A stretch of DNA of 64,000 bases, from NCBI GenBank assembly GCA_963665665.1, contig OY762428.1, positions 704,001-768,000 on the forward strand. The letters are read 5' to 3'. Below are positions 1 through 10,692 of the stretch, piece by piece. The position numbers and the translations under genes are program-made. The notes under the pieces are model-generated. The model was given only the letters and a program-made list of their open reading frames with translations. It was not told where the DNA came from and made no database searches. The first letter of the stretch is position 1. Each line of letters starts with the position of its first letter. The stretch comes from Candidatus Kapaibacterium sp. (GTDB taxonomy: Bacteria > Bacteroidota > Ignavibacteria > Kapaibacteriales > UBA2268).

Positions 1-564
1 AAGCCAGCTGGCACAGCCGTAATCATCAAATTTTTTCCTGATTTCCAGATGTAAATGATCGTATCTGCCATTCAATTTTCTTGTTTCCTGCCTTGAATAA
101 AGCCTTGCAATTTTGGTATCCTTATTTACCTGCCGGCCTATGTTAACAAAAACCTGGGCTAAATGCTTATACGAAGAATAGATGGTTTTGCCATTAAAGT
201 CTTTATGTTTCACAACTATTGTTTTATGAGGGGCACCAAGATGAATTGAACAAACAACTCCGTTAGCTATTGGATAAACATACACAAAGGAATCTTTCCC
301 GGCGGGGATGCAGTCAAGCCCGGTATGGATATGCCCTTTTTTATATGAATTCCGGGCAGATCCGAATGTACTGATAACTTGCAGCTCCTTCAGGTTTTTT
401 CGTGTAGCTGTGGTAAAAGGCAGATACCATTTGTCCGCAATTTTAGCTGGAACAATATTTTTAAAATATGGCTTCCATCTGTTTTTATCCTGATCAATAA
501 AATTTCCTGCCCACAACTGTATGAAAATCAGCATAAATAGTGTTGGAAATATCAATTTCTTCAT
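1..564 (-). CDS. M23 family metallopeptidase, secreted (3' end runs off the window)
   Basis: Not in the ORF track. Manual translation from ATG at 564 gives MKKLIFPTLFMLIFIQLWAG (signal peptide) ...GHIHTGLD... YSSYKHL ...DHLHLEIR, containing the HxxxD and HxH zinc motifs of M23/LytM. Confidence 0.8.
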   Translation of the reverse strand, partial: MKKLIFPTLFMLIFIQLWAGNFIDQDKNRWKPYFKNIVPAKIADKWYLPFTTATRKNLKELQVISTFGSARNSYKKGHIHTGLDCIPAGKDSFVYVYPIANGVVCSIHLGAPHKTIVVKHKDFNGKTIYSSYKHLAQVFVNIGRQVNKDTKIARLYSRQETRKLNGRYDHLHLEIRKKFDDYGCASWL

Positions 565-690
565 ATATCACGATCCATTCAAATTCGTAATCCAAAACAA
601 GAATACAAAATTTTTATGAAAAGACAACTACAAATCTTGCCGATTGTCTATAATTTCTTTAATTTTATCAAATTTGATTATTGAAATTTA

Positions 691-2331
691 ATGATAGAAA
701 TGAATTATCAGGACTTAAGTAAAGATCAGTTAATTGAAAAAATAAATCAACTTAATACAAAAATTGATTCACTTTGTTCAATACAGCAAAATGAAAAACT
801 TGCCGATGATATTGGTTTTCGTCTTTCGGCTATTGTGGAAAGCTCCGAAGATGCTATCATAGCCGTTGATTTTGATACGGGCGTAATACTAACCTGGAAT
901 AAAGGAGCAAGAAATATATTTGGTTATGAATTTCAAGATGTAAAAAACAAACATATAACTTTTCTTTTTCCGGAAAAATCAGATGAAGTTTTGGCAGAAA
1001 TCCGGAAAAAGCTGAATAAAGGGGAGGCTCTTGAAAGGTACAAAGCTATAGGTACAAAAGGTAACGGAGAGCTAATAAATGTTTCTCTAACTATGTCGCC
1101 GATTCTGAACAGGGAAGGGGAAATGAAAGCCGTTTCGATGATTGCAAGGAATATAACCGAAAGGCTTATATACGAGGAAGAATTAAAAATTTCCGAACAA
1201 AAATTTCGAAAAGCCAGCCGCCAGATGTCCTCGATAATTGAATTTCTGCCGGACCCCACCTTTGTTCTAAATAAGAACAGAGAAGTGATAGCGTGGAACA
1301 AGGCTTTGGAAGAAATTACCGGAGTTGAGAAAACAAAATTACTTGGAAAAAATAATTATGAATACGGTAAAGTAATTTATGGCCTGAAACGCCCTATCAT
1401 TGTTGATTTAATATGGGAAGATAACGAGGATTTCCGGTCGGAATACAATTATATCAGGCAGGAAGGCAACGTAATTTTTGCAGAAACAATAATAAAAAAT
1501 ATCAGGGATAAAAAGTCTGTACACGTATGGATAGCAGCTTCGCCAATATATGACGAGAATGGGGACTTGATTGGCGCCATTGAATCTTTTCGTAATGTAT
1601 CCGAATGGCGGGAAATGGAGGACAAACTTCTTCAGGCCAAAAGAATGGAAACAATAGCTCAGCTTTCAGCCGGTGTGGCACATGAAGTTAGAAATCCACT
1701 TAATTCCATAATGGCCCTGGTTGAAGTTCTGAACCAGGAATTAGAGGACAAGGAGGACTTCGGAATTTTTCTTGAACAAATCAACATGCAGGTACACCGC
1801 TTAGCAAGCTTAATGGAAGATCTGCTTGACCTCGGCAAGAGTTCCAGGGCGGAGTCCTTTTCATCAACAACAGTTAAGCAGGTTTGCAACGAGGGAATAA
1901 ATCTTTGGGAAGACAGTCCCGGAGGTGCCCAGGGCAAGGTAAATCTTGATATCCTTGACAATTTAGATGATGAAATGATAAATATTGATACATCAAGATT
2001 TCCACAGATAATTATTAATCTTTTGGATAATGCTGCCCAGCACAGCCCGGAAAACAGTACTATCAGTATTAAAGTCAGTAAAAAGTTTTCGGGACGGGAA
2101 ATACTTTTCAGGTTCATTGATTGCGGTACCGGAATTCCACCGGAAAATATGAAGAAAATCCTGGAACCATTTTTCACGATGAGAAAAAAAGGTACGGGCC
2201 TTGGATTGAGTATAGTAAACAATATAGTGAAGGATCACGGCGGGGCAATGAATATTTATAATAACGATTCAGGGATTGGATGTACGGTTGAATTTACATT
2301 ACCTTATGCGATTAATCTGGAGGTTAAATGA
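691..2331 (+). CDS. PAS-domain sensor histidine kinase (NtrB-like)
   Basis: Two PAS domains, H-box AHEVRNPL, N-box NLLDNA, G-boxes DCGTGI and GTGLGL. Confidence 0.92.
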   Translation: MIEMNYQDLSKDQLIEKINQLNTKIDSLCSIQQNEKLADDIGFRLSAIVESSEDAIIAVDFDTGVILTWNKGARNIFGYEFQDVKNKHITFLFPEKSDEVLAEIRKKLNKGEALERYKAIGTKGNGELINVSLTMSPILNREGEMKAVSMIARNITERLIYEEELKISEQKFRKASRQMSSIIEFLPDPTFVLNKNREVIAWNKALEEITGVEKTKLLGKNNYEYGKVIYGLKRPIIVDLIWEDNEDFRSEYNYIRQEGNVIFAETIIKNIRDKKSVHVWIAASPIYDENGDLIGAIESFRNVSEWREMEDKLLQAKRMETIAQLSAGVAHEVRNPLNSIMALVEVLNQELEDKEDFGIFLEQINMQVHRLASLMEDLLDLGKSSRAESFSSTTVKQVCNEGINLWEDSPGGAQGKVNLDILDNLDDEMINIDTSRFPQIIINLLDNAAQHSPENSTISIKVSKKFSGREILFRFIDCGTGIPPENMKKILEPFFTMRKKGTGLGLSIVNNIVKDHGGAMNIYNNDSGIGCTVEFTLPYAINLEVK

Positions 2332-3653
2332 GCGCAAGGATAATATTAATTGATGACGACGACGGTATCAGGTTCAGTTTTAAAAGATATCTTGATAAAT
2401 CAGGGTATGAAGTAGAAACAGCAGAATTGCTGGCTGACGCCAGGGACAAAATGGAAAGAAATGATTTCGAGATCGCTTTGCTGGATGTTAATCTTCCTGA
2501 CGGCAGCGGTATCGAGTTTGTTAAAGAACTCAGGGAAAAATACCCGGCCATGGCAATTGTGCTAATTACCGGCCACGGTAATATATCTCTGGCAGTTCAG
2601 GCAATGAAAAACGGTGCTGACAATTTCCTTACAAAGCCGGTAAATATGACTGAACTGGATATTTCCTTACAAAAAAGTGATGAACTTCATAAACTCAGGC
2701 ATAAAAATCTGACTCAGCAAAGATTGAAACAGCAGGAAATTATACCTTTCTGGGGAACCAGCCCGCTGATGCAAAGAGTAAAGAAACTCGCGGAAATAGC
2801 CTGCCAGAACGATTCTACTGTATTGCTTTACGGAGAAACAGGAACCGGTAAGGAAGTAATGGCAAGGTGGGTACACAATAACAGCCTGAGAAAAGATAAG
2901 CCTTTCGTGGAAGTAAACTGTGCCGGACTTAAGGACGAATTGCTTACAAGTGAACTTTTCGGCCATGCTAAGGGCGCTTTTACTACTGCCCTGAAAGACA
3001 GGCAGGGCCTGATAGAAGCTGCCAACGGAGGCACTCTTTTCCTGGATGAAATATCAAGCATGAACATGAATATCCAGGCCCAGCTGCTAAAAGTAATCGA
3101 GGAAAAAACATTCCGCAGGCTTGGCGAAACAAAAGTCCGCAGGAGTGATTTCAGGTTGATATGCGCTACTAACAGGGATATTAGAACAGAAGTTGATAAC
3201 GAACGTTTCCGTGATGACCTTTATTTCAGGATCAATATATTTCCTCTCGATTTGCCGCCCCTGAGGGATTTGCCTGATAATCTTCCTGCATTTATTCAGC
3301 ATCTTCTGGCAGGAATGAATTACAACTATCCTAACGTATCACTTGAAGTCATGGAATTGCTTACTTCCTACGGATGGCCGGGCAATATCAGGGAAATGAA
3401 AAATGTATTGGAAAGAGCCGTTATTCTGTCTCTTGGGAAACCCCTGTCGGTAAATGATTTTCCGGGAATAATCAATCGGCAGAATTTTGACAGTATGAGG
3501 GAAATAAAAGAACTTAGTAATTTCGAGCTGGAATATATTAATTATGTAGTAAGGCACTTTAATAACGATACAAAAAAAGCAGCCGATGCTCTTGGAATTT
3601 CACGCGCATCGCTATACAGGAAATTAAATAAAATAAAAGATGAACAGAAATAG
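2328..3653 (+). CDS. Sigma-54-dependent response regulator (NtrC/AtoC family)
   Basis: REC domain, Walker A GETGTGKE, ELFGH-GAFTTA, FLDEI, WPGNIRE, C-terminal Fis HTH; overlaps the kinase stop codon. Confidence 0.93.
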   Translation: MSARIILIDDDDGIRFSFKRYLDKSGYEVETAELLADARDKMERNDFEIALLDVNLPDGSGIEFVKELREKYPAMAIVLITGHGNISLAVQAMKNGADNFLTKPVNMTELDISLQKSDELHKLRHKNLTQQRLKQQEIIPFWGTSPLMQRVKKLAEIACQNDSTVLLYGETGTGKEVMARWVHNNSLRKDKPFVEVNCAGLKDELLTSELFGHAKGAFTTALKDRQGLIEAANGGTLFLDEISSMNMNIQAQLLKVIEEKTFRRLGETKVRRSDFRLICATNRDIRTEVDNERFRDDLYFRINIFPLDLPPLRDLPDNLPAFIQHLLAGMNYNYPNVSLEVMELLTSYGWPGNIREMKNVLERAVILSLGKPLSVNDFPGIINRQNFDSMREIKELSNFELEYINYVVRHFNNDTKKAADALGISRASLYRKLNKIKDEQK

Positions 3654-3685
3654 ATTAGATTGTATTATAAATTGATCAAAGCATT

Positions 3686-6577
3686 ATGAATATTAAAAAA
3701 ATTACTACCATAGCAGTTCTACTTTTTGTTACGCTGTCTCTGTCAGCAAATGATAATAAAAAGCCGCTCAGCCACGATGATTACGATCAGTGGAAAAGTG
3801 TGCAGAACTACAAAATAAGCAACGACGGGAAATGGGTTTTATTCGAGATAAACCCACAAAGAGGTGATTCAGCACTGCATCTTACAAATCCCTCGGATAA
3901 TTTTGAAACAATTATCGAGCGCGGGGGCGGCGGACAGTTTTCTTTTAATTCAAAATTCATGGCTTGTAATATCGAACCGCAGTTTGATACTATTAGACAA
4001 ATGAGGCTTGATGAAGTGAAAAAAGATAAAATGCCTAAAGATACCCTTGGTATATTTGTTTTCGAACATGATTCGCTAATGAAGATAGGCAGGGTAAAAT
4101 CTTTCAAACTTCCTGAAAAAGGTTCCTCATGGATAGCTTACCTTCACGAGAAAGAACTTCCTGCCCCGAAAGATACTACTGAAGTGAAAGACTCAACAAA
4201 AGTTGAAGAAGAAGAAACAGCCGAAAAGAAAGAAGAAGAATCCGAAGCTAAAAAGGAAGAGGAAAAATCCGATGAGAATAAGGACGAAAAGAAAAGTAAG
4301 AAAAAGTACGAAGGCACTAAATTTGTGATATATAATCCGGAAACCGGTGATAAACACGAATTCGAAAATGTTGAATCGTATGCTATTTCCGATAATGGAA
4401 AATTATTCAGCTTCGTTTCAGTTGTGAAGGATAGCGTTGACAGTGTTTATGTTTATTCCTTCGATACTGAAAAACAGGAAAAATCCCTTATCTGGGATAA
4501 TATCGGTGCTATCAAAGGCCTTACAATTGACGAGCAGGGCAAACAGGCAGCTTTTGCATTTTCAACTGATACATCAAAGCGGAAACTTTTTTCACTTTAT
4601 TATTGGGAAAAAGGGCAAAAAAGAGCGGCCTCTGTAGTTGATTCTTCCAACCAGGCAATGCCGGACGAATGGACTGTAGCAGAAAAGGGCAGGTTAGGAT
4701 TTTCCGAGGATGGCACAAAATTGTATTTCGCCACTGTGGAAAAGCCGGAATTTGAAAAGAAGGACACACTGCTTCCCGAAGAAAAAGCCAAGCTTGACGT
4801 TTGGAACTGGAAGGATCCTTACCTCCAGACAATGCAGCTTCATAATTTGAAAAAAGATAAAAGCAAAACATACAAAGCTGTTTACAGGATAAACGACAAG
4901 AAAATGATACAGATAGAGACCGAGGAAATCCCCGATGTTAAAACACTGAGAAAAGGAAACAGCGATAAAGCAATCGGCCTTGAAAATATGAAATACCGCC
5001 AAATGGTAACATGGGAATACCCTGATTTTAAAGATATTTACATGGTTGACCTGAAAACCGGAGATAAAAAACTTATCCTTGAAGCGCAGCAGTATGAATT
5101 TGATGTCTCGCCGGATGGAAATTATATTGCTTACTACAGGCCTGAAGACAGCACATGGAGATCGCTTAACGTGAAAACAGAAAAAAGTGTTGTACTGACA
5201 AAAGGTATGAAAGAGATTTTCTGCGACGAGGAAAATGATGTCCCTGCCGAAGCATATCCCTACGGAGTTGCCGGATGGACAGAAAAAGAAGCAAAAGTAC
5301 TGATCTATGATAAATATGATATCTGGGCATTCGACCCGTCCGGAAAAGAAAAACCGATTAACCTGACAAATGCTTACGGCAGAAAAAATGATATCAGCTT
5401 CCGCTACATGAAACTTGATAAAGAAGAAGAATTTATTCCTGCCGGAAAAGAATCAATGCTGAAAGCGAAAAACAAAGTTAATATGCAGGAAGGTTTCTGG
5501 GCAAGTAAGCTGCAAAAAGCGAAAAATCCTGAAAAACTTATGATGGATGACTACTGGATGCCATCAATTTCAAAAGCTAAAGATGTTGATCAGTATATCT
5601 TCCGCAAGGGAAACTATTATATTTATCCTGATCTGTATTACACCGAAGATTTTGAAGACACTGAGAAAATATCAGATGCCAACCCGCAGCAGAAAGATTA
5701 TCTCTGGGGTACTGTGGAAATGATTGAATGGACTGATATGGAAGGCATAGAGCGTAAAGGCCTTCTATACAAACCTGACAACTTCGACCCGAATAAAAAA
5801 TACCCGATGATAGTATACTTCTACGAAAGATATACCGAATCTTTGCACAGGCACTACGTACCCAAGCCTACAGCCTCGATAATTTATCCTAATCTTTACG
5901 CAAGTAATGATTATGTGGTTTTCATTCCGGACATATATTACGAAAATGGTTTCCCGGGTAAATCGGCATATAATGCAATTATGAGCGGTACTCATTACCT
6001 TATCAATAAGGGCTTTATTGATAAAGACAGAATGGGGCTCCAGGGACAAAGTTGGGGCGGATACCAGACTGCATTCCTTGTAACACAGACGAACCTGTTT
6101 TCCGCAGCTATGGCTGGCGCACCCGTAAGCAACATGACAAGCGCTTATGGCGGAATTCGTTGGGGCAGCGGTATGTGCAGGGCTTTCCAGTATGAAGTAA
6201 CACAAAGCCGAATTGGCGGAACACTCTGGGAAAAACCTGAGCTATATATCGAAAATTCACCGCTTTTCTTTGCAGACAGAGTGGAAACCCCGCTTCTGAT
6301 TATGCACAATGATGGCGACGGAGCTGTTCCATGGTATCAGGGTATCGAATATTTCAATGCCCTAAGGCGGCTGCAAAAACCTGTATGGATGCTGAATTAC
6401 AATGGCGACGAACACAACCTGATGAAAAGGGCTAACCGTATGGACCTGAGCATACGCATGATGCAGTTCTTCGACCACTTCCTTAAGGATTCTCCCGCTC
6501 CGGAATGGTTGGAGTGCGGTATTCCGGCGGTGGATAAAGGCGACAATTACGGGCTTGAACCGGCTGAGAAGAAATAA
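3686..6577 (+). CDS. S9 family prolyl oligopeptidase / dipeptidyl aminopeptidase, secreted
   Basis: Signal peptide, beta-propeller region, nucleophile motif GQSWGG, DGAVPW and GDEH catalytic motifs. Confidence 0.92.
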   Translation: MNIKKITTIAVLLFVTLSLSANDNKKPLSHDDYDQWKSVQNYKISNDGKWVLFEINPQRGDSALHLTNPSDNFETIIERGGGGQFSFNSKFMACNIEPQFDTIRQMRLDEVKKDKMPKDTLGIFVFEHDSLMKIGRVKSFKLPEKGSSWIAYLHEKELPAPKDTTEVKDSTKVEEEETAEKKEEESEAKKEEEKSDENKDEKKSKKKYEGTKFVIYNPETGDKHEFENVESYAISDNGKLFSFVSVVKDSVDSVYVYSFDTEKQEKSLIWDNIGAIKGLTIDEQGKQAAFAFSTDTSKRKLFSLYYWEKGQKRAASVVDSSNQAMPDEWTVAEKGRLGFSEDGTKLYFATVEKPEFEKKDTLLPEEKAKLDVWNWKDPYLQTMQLHNLKKDKSKTYKAVYRINDKKMIQIETEEIPDVKTLRKGNSDKAIGLENMKYRQMVTWEYPDFKDIYMVDLKTGDKKLILEAQQYEFDVSPDGNYIAYYRPEDSTWRSLNVKTEKSVVLTKGMKEIFCDEENDVPAEAYPYGVAGWTEKEAKVLIYDKYDIWAFDPSGKEKPINLTNAYGRKNDISFRYMKLDKEEEFIPAGKESMLKAKNKVNMQEGFWASKLQKAKNPEKLMMDDYWMPSISKAKDVDQYIFRKGNYYIYPDLYYTEDFEDTEKISDANPQQKDYLWGTVEMIEWTDMEGIERKGLLYKPDNFDPNKKYPMIVYFYERYTESLHRHYVPKPTASIIYPNLYASNDYVVFIPDIYYENGFPGKSAYNAIMSGTHYLINKGFIDKDRMGLQGQSWGGYQTAFLVTQTNLFSAAMAGAPVSNMTSAYGGIRWGSGMCRAFQYEVTQSRIGGTLWEKPELYIENSPLFFADRVETPLLIMHNDGDGAVPWYQGIEYFNALRRLQKPVWMLNYNGDEHNLMKRANRMDLSIRMMQFFDHFLKDSPAPEWLECGIPAVDKGDNYGLEPAEKK

Positions 6578-6599
6578 TAATTTTGCACAATTGCTAATA

Positions 6600-6630
6600 A
6601 TTCATCCGGTCACTTCGTGATCGGATGAAT
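6600..6630. terminator. Hairpin between convergent genes, probable bidirectional terminator
   Basis: ATTCATCCGGTCAC-TTC-GTGATCGGATGAAT stem-loop. Confidence 0.65.
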
Positions 6631-6641
6631 ATTAAATAATC

Positions 6642-7493
6642 TCAATCATTAATATCAAACTTATTTACTGCTTTTATTCCCCTCTCTCCTATTTCAATTT
6701 TTGAAGCTGTTGTAAATGCATCATGTTCATATATGATAGTCCAATCATCTTCTGCAGCCATGGTAAAATATTTCTTCTTCTCTTCAAGAGCTTTTAGAGG
6801 CTCGTTGTCATAGCCAAGAACAAATACAGGCTTAACATGTGCTGACGTTGGCGCAAGGTCGGCTGAGTAAAGGAATTTACCTTCACCGCTGTCAATTTTC
6901 ACTGTTTGCATAGCTTTGGTATGTCCGTCAACTGTTATCAATGAAATACCGGGAAATATCTCGCCCGGCCCATCAATAGATATGAGCATTCCGTCATTTT
7001 CCAAGGGCTTCCAGTTATCAGGGATATAGGATGCCTTGTCTTTATCCGTTGGATTATTCGCCCAGTCGAGCTGGGCTTTCTGAATATAATGCCGGGCATT
7101 TTCAAAAACCGGTACAGGTTTGCCGTCAACATATTTTGTCAGCCCTCCGGCATGGTCAAAATGAAGGTGGGTAATAATTACATCAGTAATATCATCGGCT
7201 TTCAAACCATATTTGGCCAGCGCAAGCTCTATATCAGTTTTTTCGGCGTCAATTCCATATATCGAGCGCAGTTTTTCATTCATTTTCGTTCCGTTTCCGG
7301 CATCCACAAGTATTGTCTGATTTTTCCGTTTTATCAGCAGGGGCCTCGCTGCCAGGGGTATCCTGTTTTTTTCGTCACCCTCGTGATAAGCCCTTGACCA
7401 CATTACTTTTGGAATAACGCCAAACATAGCGCCGCCGTCAAGATGGAAAATCCCCGTATCAATTGAATATATCTCAAATTCGCCAGTTTTCAT
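6642..7493 (-). CDS. MBL-fold metallo-hydrolase (YtnP-like)
   Basis: LDGGAMFG, THLHFDHAGG, GHT, ADL and HD motifs. ATG at 7493; the track starts at the TTG at 7496. Confidence 0.9.
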   Translation of the reverse strand: MKTGEFEIYSIDTGIFHLDGGAMFGVIPKVMWSRAYHEGDEKNRIPLAARPLLIKRKNQTILVDAGNGTKMNEKLRSIYGIDAEKTDIELALAKYGLKADDITDVIITHLHFDHAGGLTKYVDGKPVPVFENARHYIQKAQLDWANNPTDKDKASYIPDNWKPLENDGMLISIDGPGEIFPGISLITVDGHTKAMQTVKIDSGEGKFLYSADLAPTSAHVKPVFVLGYDNEPLKALEEKKKYFTMAAEDDWTIIYEHDAFTTASKIEIGERGIKAVNKFDIND

Positions 7494-7644
7494 CAAATTT
7501 CCATTTTAATAATACAACTGATTCATTTACGAAAAAAAGTATCATTTATTGATTATCAGCTTGTATGAAATATTTCCTGAGACCTTTTTCAGTTTTCCGT
7601 GTTACTAATAAAAACAAGTTAGCAAAACCCCGAACGGAGCTGAA

Positions 7645-10600
7645 ATGAAAGCGCTGCCAATTCTTATCCTCTCCATCCTGCTTATAACTGCAGCAAATAT
7701 CTATGCCGATAACCACTGGATTGATAAAGGCCAGTATTTAGAAAATGACCAGGATGCGGGGAGTATATCCTTCATCCGCTATTCAGATGATGGAAAATTG
7801 ATTTATACTTTCAGCAATGGTTCAACCCTCCGCTTCTGGGACAGGGAAACAGGAGAAATTCTTTTCGAGAAGGATTTTAAGGAGTATGTTGAAGGAAAAA
7901 TTCTAAATGTAGATATAAGTCAAGATGCAAGATTTTTTGTATTTACTTATACCGAAAAATATGGCCACGAACCATATCTGTTCATCATAAACTTGGAGAC
8001 AAATGTTATTTTTAGTGATATTGCAGTTTTTATTTTATCCGATCCCAGCAGAGAAGAAATTCATCTTCTTGATCATAGTATCCCGTTAATTGATAATAAA
8101 AACAAGAAAGTAGTTGTTTCCAGTATGGTGTATATATATATGGAATGGAATGATATAAGCGCTAATCATTGGTTCGAAATAGATTTAACTAATGGGGATA
8201 CGCTAAGTTATACTAATGAGAACAAAGGCGGAGTTTTTTCTGTTGGATCAAATGAAGATTTTTATTTTTTATTCAGACACGGTGGATATTTTGTTCCTGA
8301 AGGGCATGGAGGTCAGAACTCAAACGATTTTATATCATATATTGAAGGAAATATGGTTGACTCAACAATAATATTATTTCACCAGAAATGTGGAACAGGT
8401 TCAGATTGCAGTTATCTTGATTGGGTTCTCGGCATTGCTCAATCATATGATAATACGATCTTTGCAACGTTTGGAACAAAAAATATTCTTAGAGTCTGGA
8501 AGAGAACCGATCAGGTGTGCGAATTGATCTGTGAAACAAATCTTGATTTTCTATACTATTTTTCATCACATAGTATGGCAATATCAAAATCGAACAAATT
8601 CGCATTATTGCCGTTGAAATCATTTGATCCGGATTATAAAACGGAACTCGCTTTGTGGGATTATGAAAACGGAGTTAAAGCAGATTCAATCATGCTAGAT
8701 TTCGGGAACGAGCTTGTATTTGCATATTATCCGGGAATCAGTAATGAAATAGCCCTTGGATCAAGAGAGAATAAATTAGTTCTTCTTAATAAAGGACTTT
8801 TTTCAGACAGCTTATCAGCAAAATTCAGATATTATGAACCAGTTATTTTCAAAGATTCATTAGTCAAATTTTATAATTATTCAACCGGTAGTCCGGATGA
8901 ATTTTTATGGAATTTCGGAGACGGGCAGACAAGCAGTGAAGAAAATCCGGTTCATACATATCACAGTTCCGGTACTTTTACTCCAACTCTGATTGTCCGA
9001 AAAGGAGCTCAATCAGATACTCTAAGGAAAGAAAAATATATTGTGGTTCATGAACCAATATATGCTGATTTTGAAGCAGATATTCAAACAGGTTCTTCTC
9101 CATTACAGCTAAAATTTACAAACAAGTCACAGGGAAATATCAAATCTTTACGTTGGTATTTTGACGACGGCACATTCAGCGATGAGTTTAATCCTGTTCA
9201 TGAATTTAGTGAGCCAGGAAACTACAGTATTCGTCTTGATGTAGAATTTGATCTGGGAAACAGATTTTCTGAAAGGAAAAAATTTATATCTGTTTATGAT
9301 GAATCCGGATTGTTTGTTAAAGACGAATACAATGCTATTCCAAAAGATTATGCATCAGAAGGCCAAACGCTGGTAGAAACTGATGATGGCGAAATAGCTT
9401 GTATCAGGTGGAACTATTATAATCCTCACAGTTTTATAACTGACGCATTTTATAGTCTGGATTGGTTAGATAATAATTTGAATTTGATATGGCATTATGA
9501 TTTTGATCCAACTACTGCCAATTATCAAAAACGAACCCGAGTTGGTGAAATCTATATAACTCAGAACAAGCAAGTTTGCTTTTATTCTTTTTGGGGTTCA
9601 AAAGATCCGGACAGTGATTCTAAAAGCTTCTCAATGGGAAGATCATGTTTTAATAACAAAGGCCTCGAATATGAGAAGACATATTTTCTTTATACTGATA
9701 CTTTCTTTTATATTTATGAATTCAACCCAAATATATTTTTTACTTACCAGTTTTCTGAATTTACTCATAACTATTTTACCAATATATATGATTCAAATAT
9801 GGTAGCAGTTAATTCAATTAAACCATATTTTATCCAAACAGGAGGAGGTTATAAGAGAGTAATCAGAAAGCTCGACAATAGTTTCATACTTTTATCAAGA
9901 AATACTTATGCCGGATCACTATGTGAAGTTGATATTGTTGATGGAGAACTATGGGGAAACACATACGATACAAGCATTGATATTTGTCCCCTCGACGGAG
10001 CATATATACCTGAACAGGGGTATATATTAACAGGATTTTCCTGGATGAATGATGTTAAGTATTCCTCCTTCAACCTTACTAACGAAAAAGGTATTGTTAT
10101 TGATACGATACTTAATGCTGAAAACTCAGTATTATATTCTATTGTAAGCCTGAATGACAGCCTGTTTGCTGCCGGAGGTAATATTGACGGTAAAATTTGC
10201 CTTACCATAGTTGATAAGCATGGTAATATTGACGGAAATTACAAGTTGAAGAACAAACAGGGTTCGGTTTGTCAATTGATTAAATCAATTGACGGAACAC
10301 TTCTTGCTGTTTGTACAACAAAAGATTATCGGGACAGCAGTTGCGCATCCGTGATGAGAATTGAACTTCCTGAAAGAATTCTAAGTTCCGTGAAGCATCC
10401 GAAAGATGATGTAAATATTGATATCTTCCCTAACCCCGCCTCCTCAATTATAAACATCACAGGCATTGAAATTTCGCGATGCAAAGGCAATACCACCATA
10501 TACAACCGCCTTGGTCAGGATGTGAGCGGGCTTGTTGAGTTTGCAGGCACTTCTTCGATAAATATATCCGCCCTGCCGGACGGGGTATATTATATCAGGG

Positions 10601-10650
10601 TAAATATCGATGAACAAATTATTGTGCGGCAGATGGTAGTTGTGAAGTAG
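7645..10650 (+). CDS. T9SS-secreted protein with WD40-like propeller, two PKD domains and a C-terminal sorting domain
   Basis: Signal peptide; WNFGDGQTSSEENPVHTY and WYFDDGTFSDEFNPVHEF (PKD); IFPNPASS...LPDGVYYIRV (T9SS CTD). Confidence 0.85.
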   Translation: MKALPILILSILLITAANIYADNHWIDKGQYLENDQDAGSISFIRYSDDGKLIYTFSNGSTLRFWDRETGEILFEKDFKEYVEGKILNVDISQDARFFVFTYTEKYGHEPYLFIINLETNVIFSDIAVFILSDPSREEIHLLDHSIPLIDNKNKKVVVSSMVYIYMEWNDISANHWFEIDLTNGDTLSYTNENKGGVFSVGSNEDFYFLFRHGGYFVPEGHGGQNSNDFISYIEGNMVDSTIILFHQKCGTGSDCSYLDWVLGIAQSYDNTIFATFGTKNILRVWKRTDQVCELICETNLDFLYYFSSHSMAISKSNKFALLPLKSFDPDYKTELALWDYENGVKADSIMLDFGNELVFAYYPGISNEIALGSRENKLVLLNKGLFSDSLSAKFRYYEPVIFKDSLVKFYNYSTGSPDEFLWNFGDGQTSSEENPVHTYHSSGTFTPTLIVRKGAQSDTLRKEKYIVVHEPIYADFEADIQTGSSPLQLKFTNKSQGNIKSLRWYFDDGTFSDEFNPVHEFSEPGNYSIRLDVEFDLGNRFSERKKFISVYDESGLFVKDEYNAIPKDYASEGQTLVETDDGEIACIRWNYYNPHSFITDAFYSLDWLDNNLNLIWHYDFDPTTANYQKRTRVGEIYITQNKQVCFYSFWGSKDPDSDSKSFSMGRSCFNNKGLEYEKTYFLYTDTFFYIYEFNPNIFFTYQFSEFTHNYFTNIYDSNMVAVNSIKPYFIQTGGGYKRVIRKLDNSFILLSRNTYAGSLCEVDIVDGELWGNTYDTSIDICPLDGAYIPEQGYILTGFSWMNDVKYSSFNLTNEKGIVIDTILNAENSVLYSIVSLNDSLFAAGGNIDGKICLTIVDKHGNIDGNYKLKNKQGSVCQLIKSIDGTLLAVCTTKDYRDSSCASVMRIELPERILSSVKHPKDDVNIDIFPNPASSIINITGIEISRCKGNTTIYNRLGQDVSGLVEFAGTSSINISALPDGVYYIRVNIDEQIIVRQMVVVK

Positions 10651-10692
10651 GTTTTGATTATCCATTGGGATGACACAAAAGTTAGAAGATCA

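Noticed and set aside
4190-4310. GAA-rich low-complexity tract in the S9 peptidase
   Set aside because: Ordinary Glu/Lys-rich linker.
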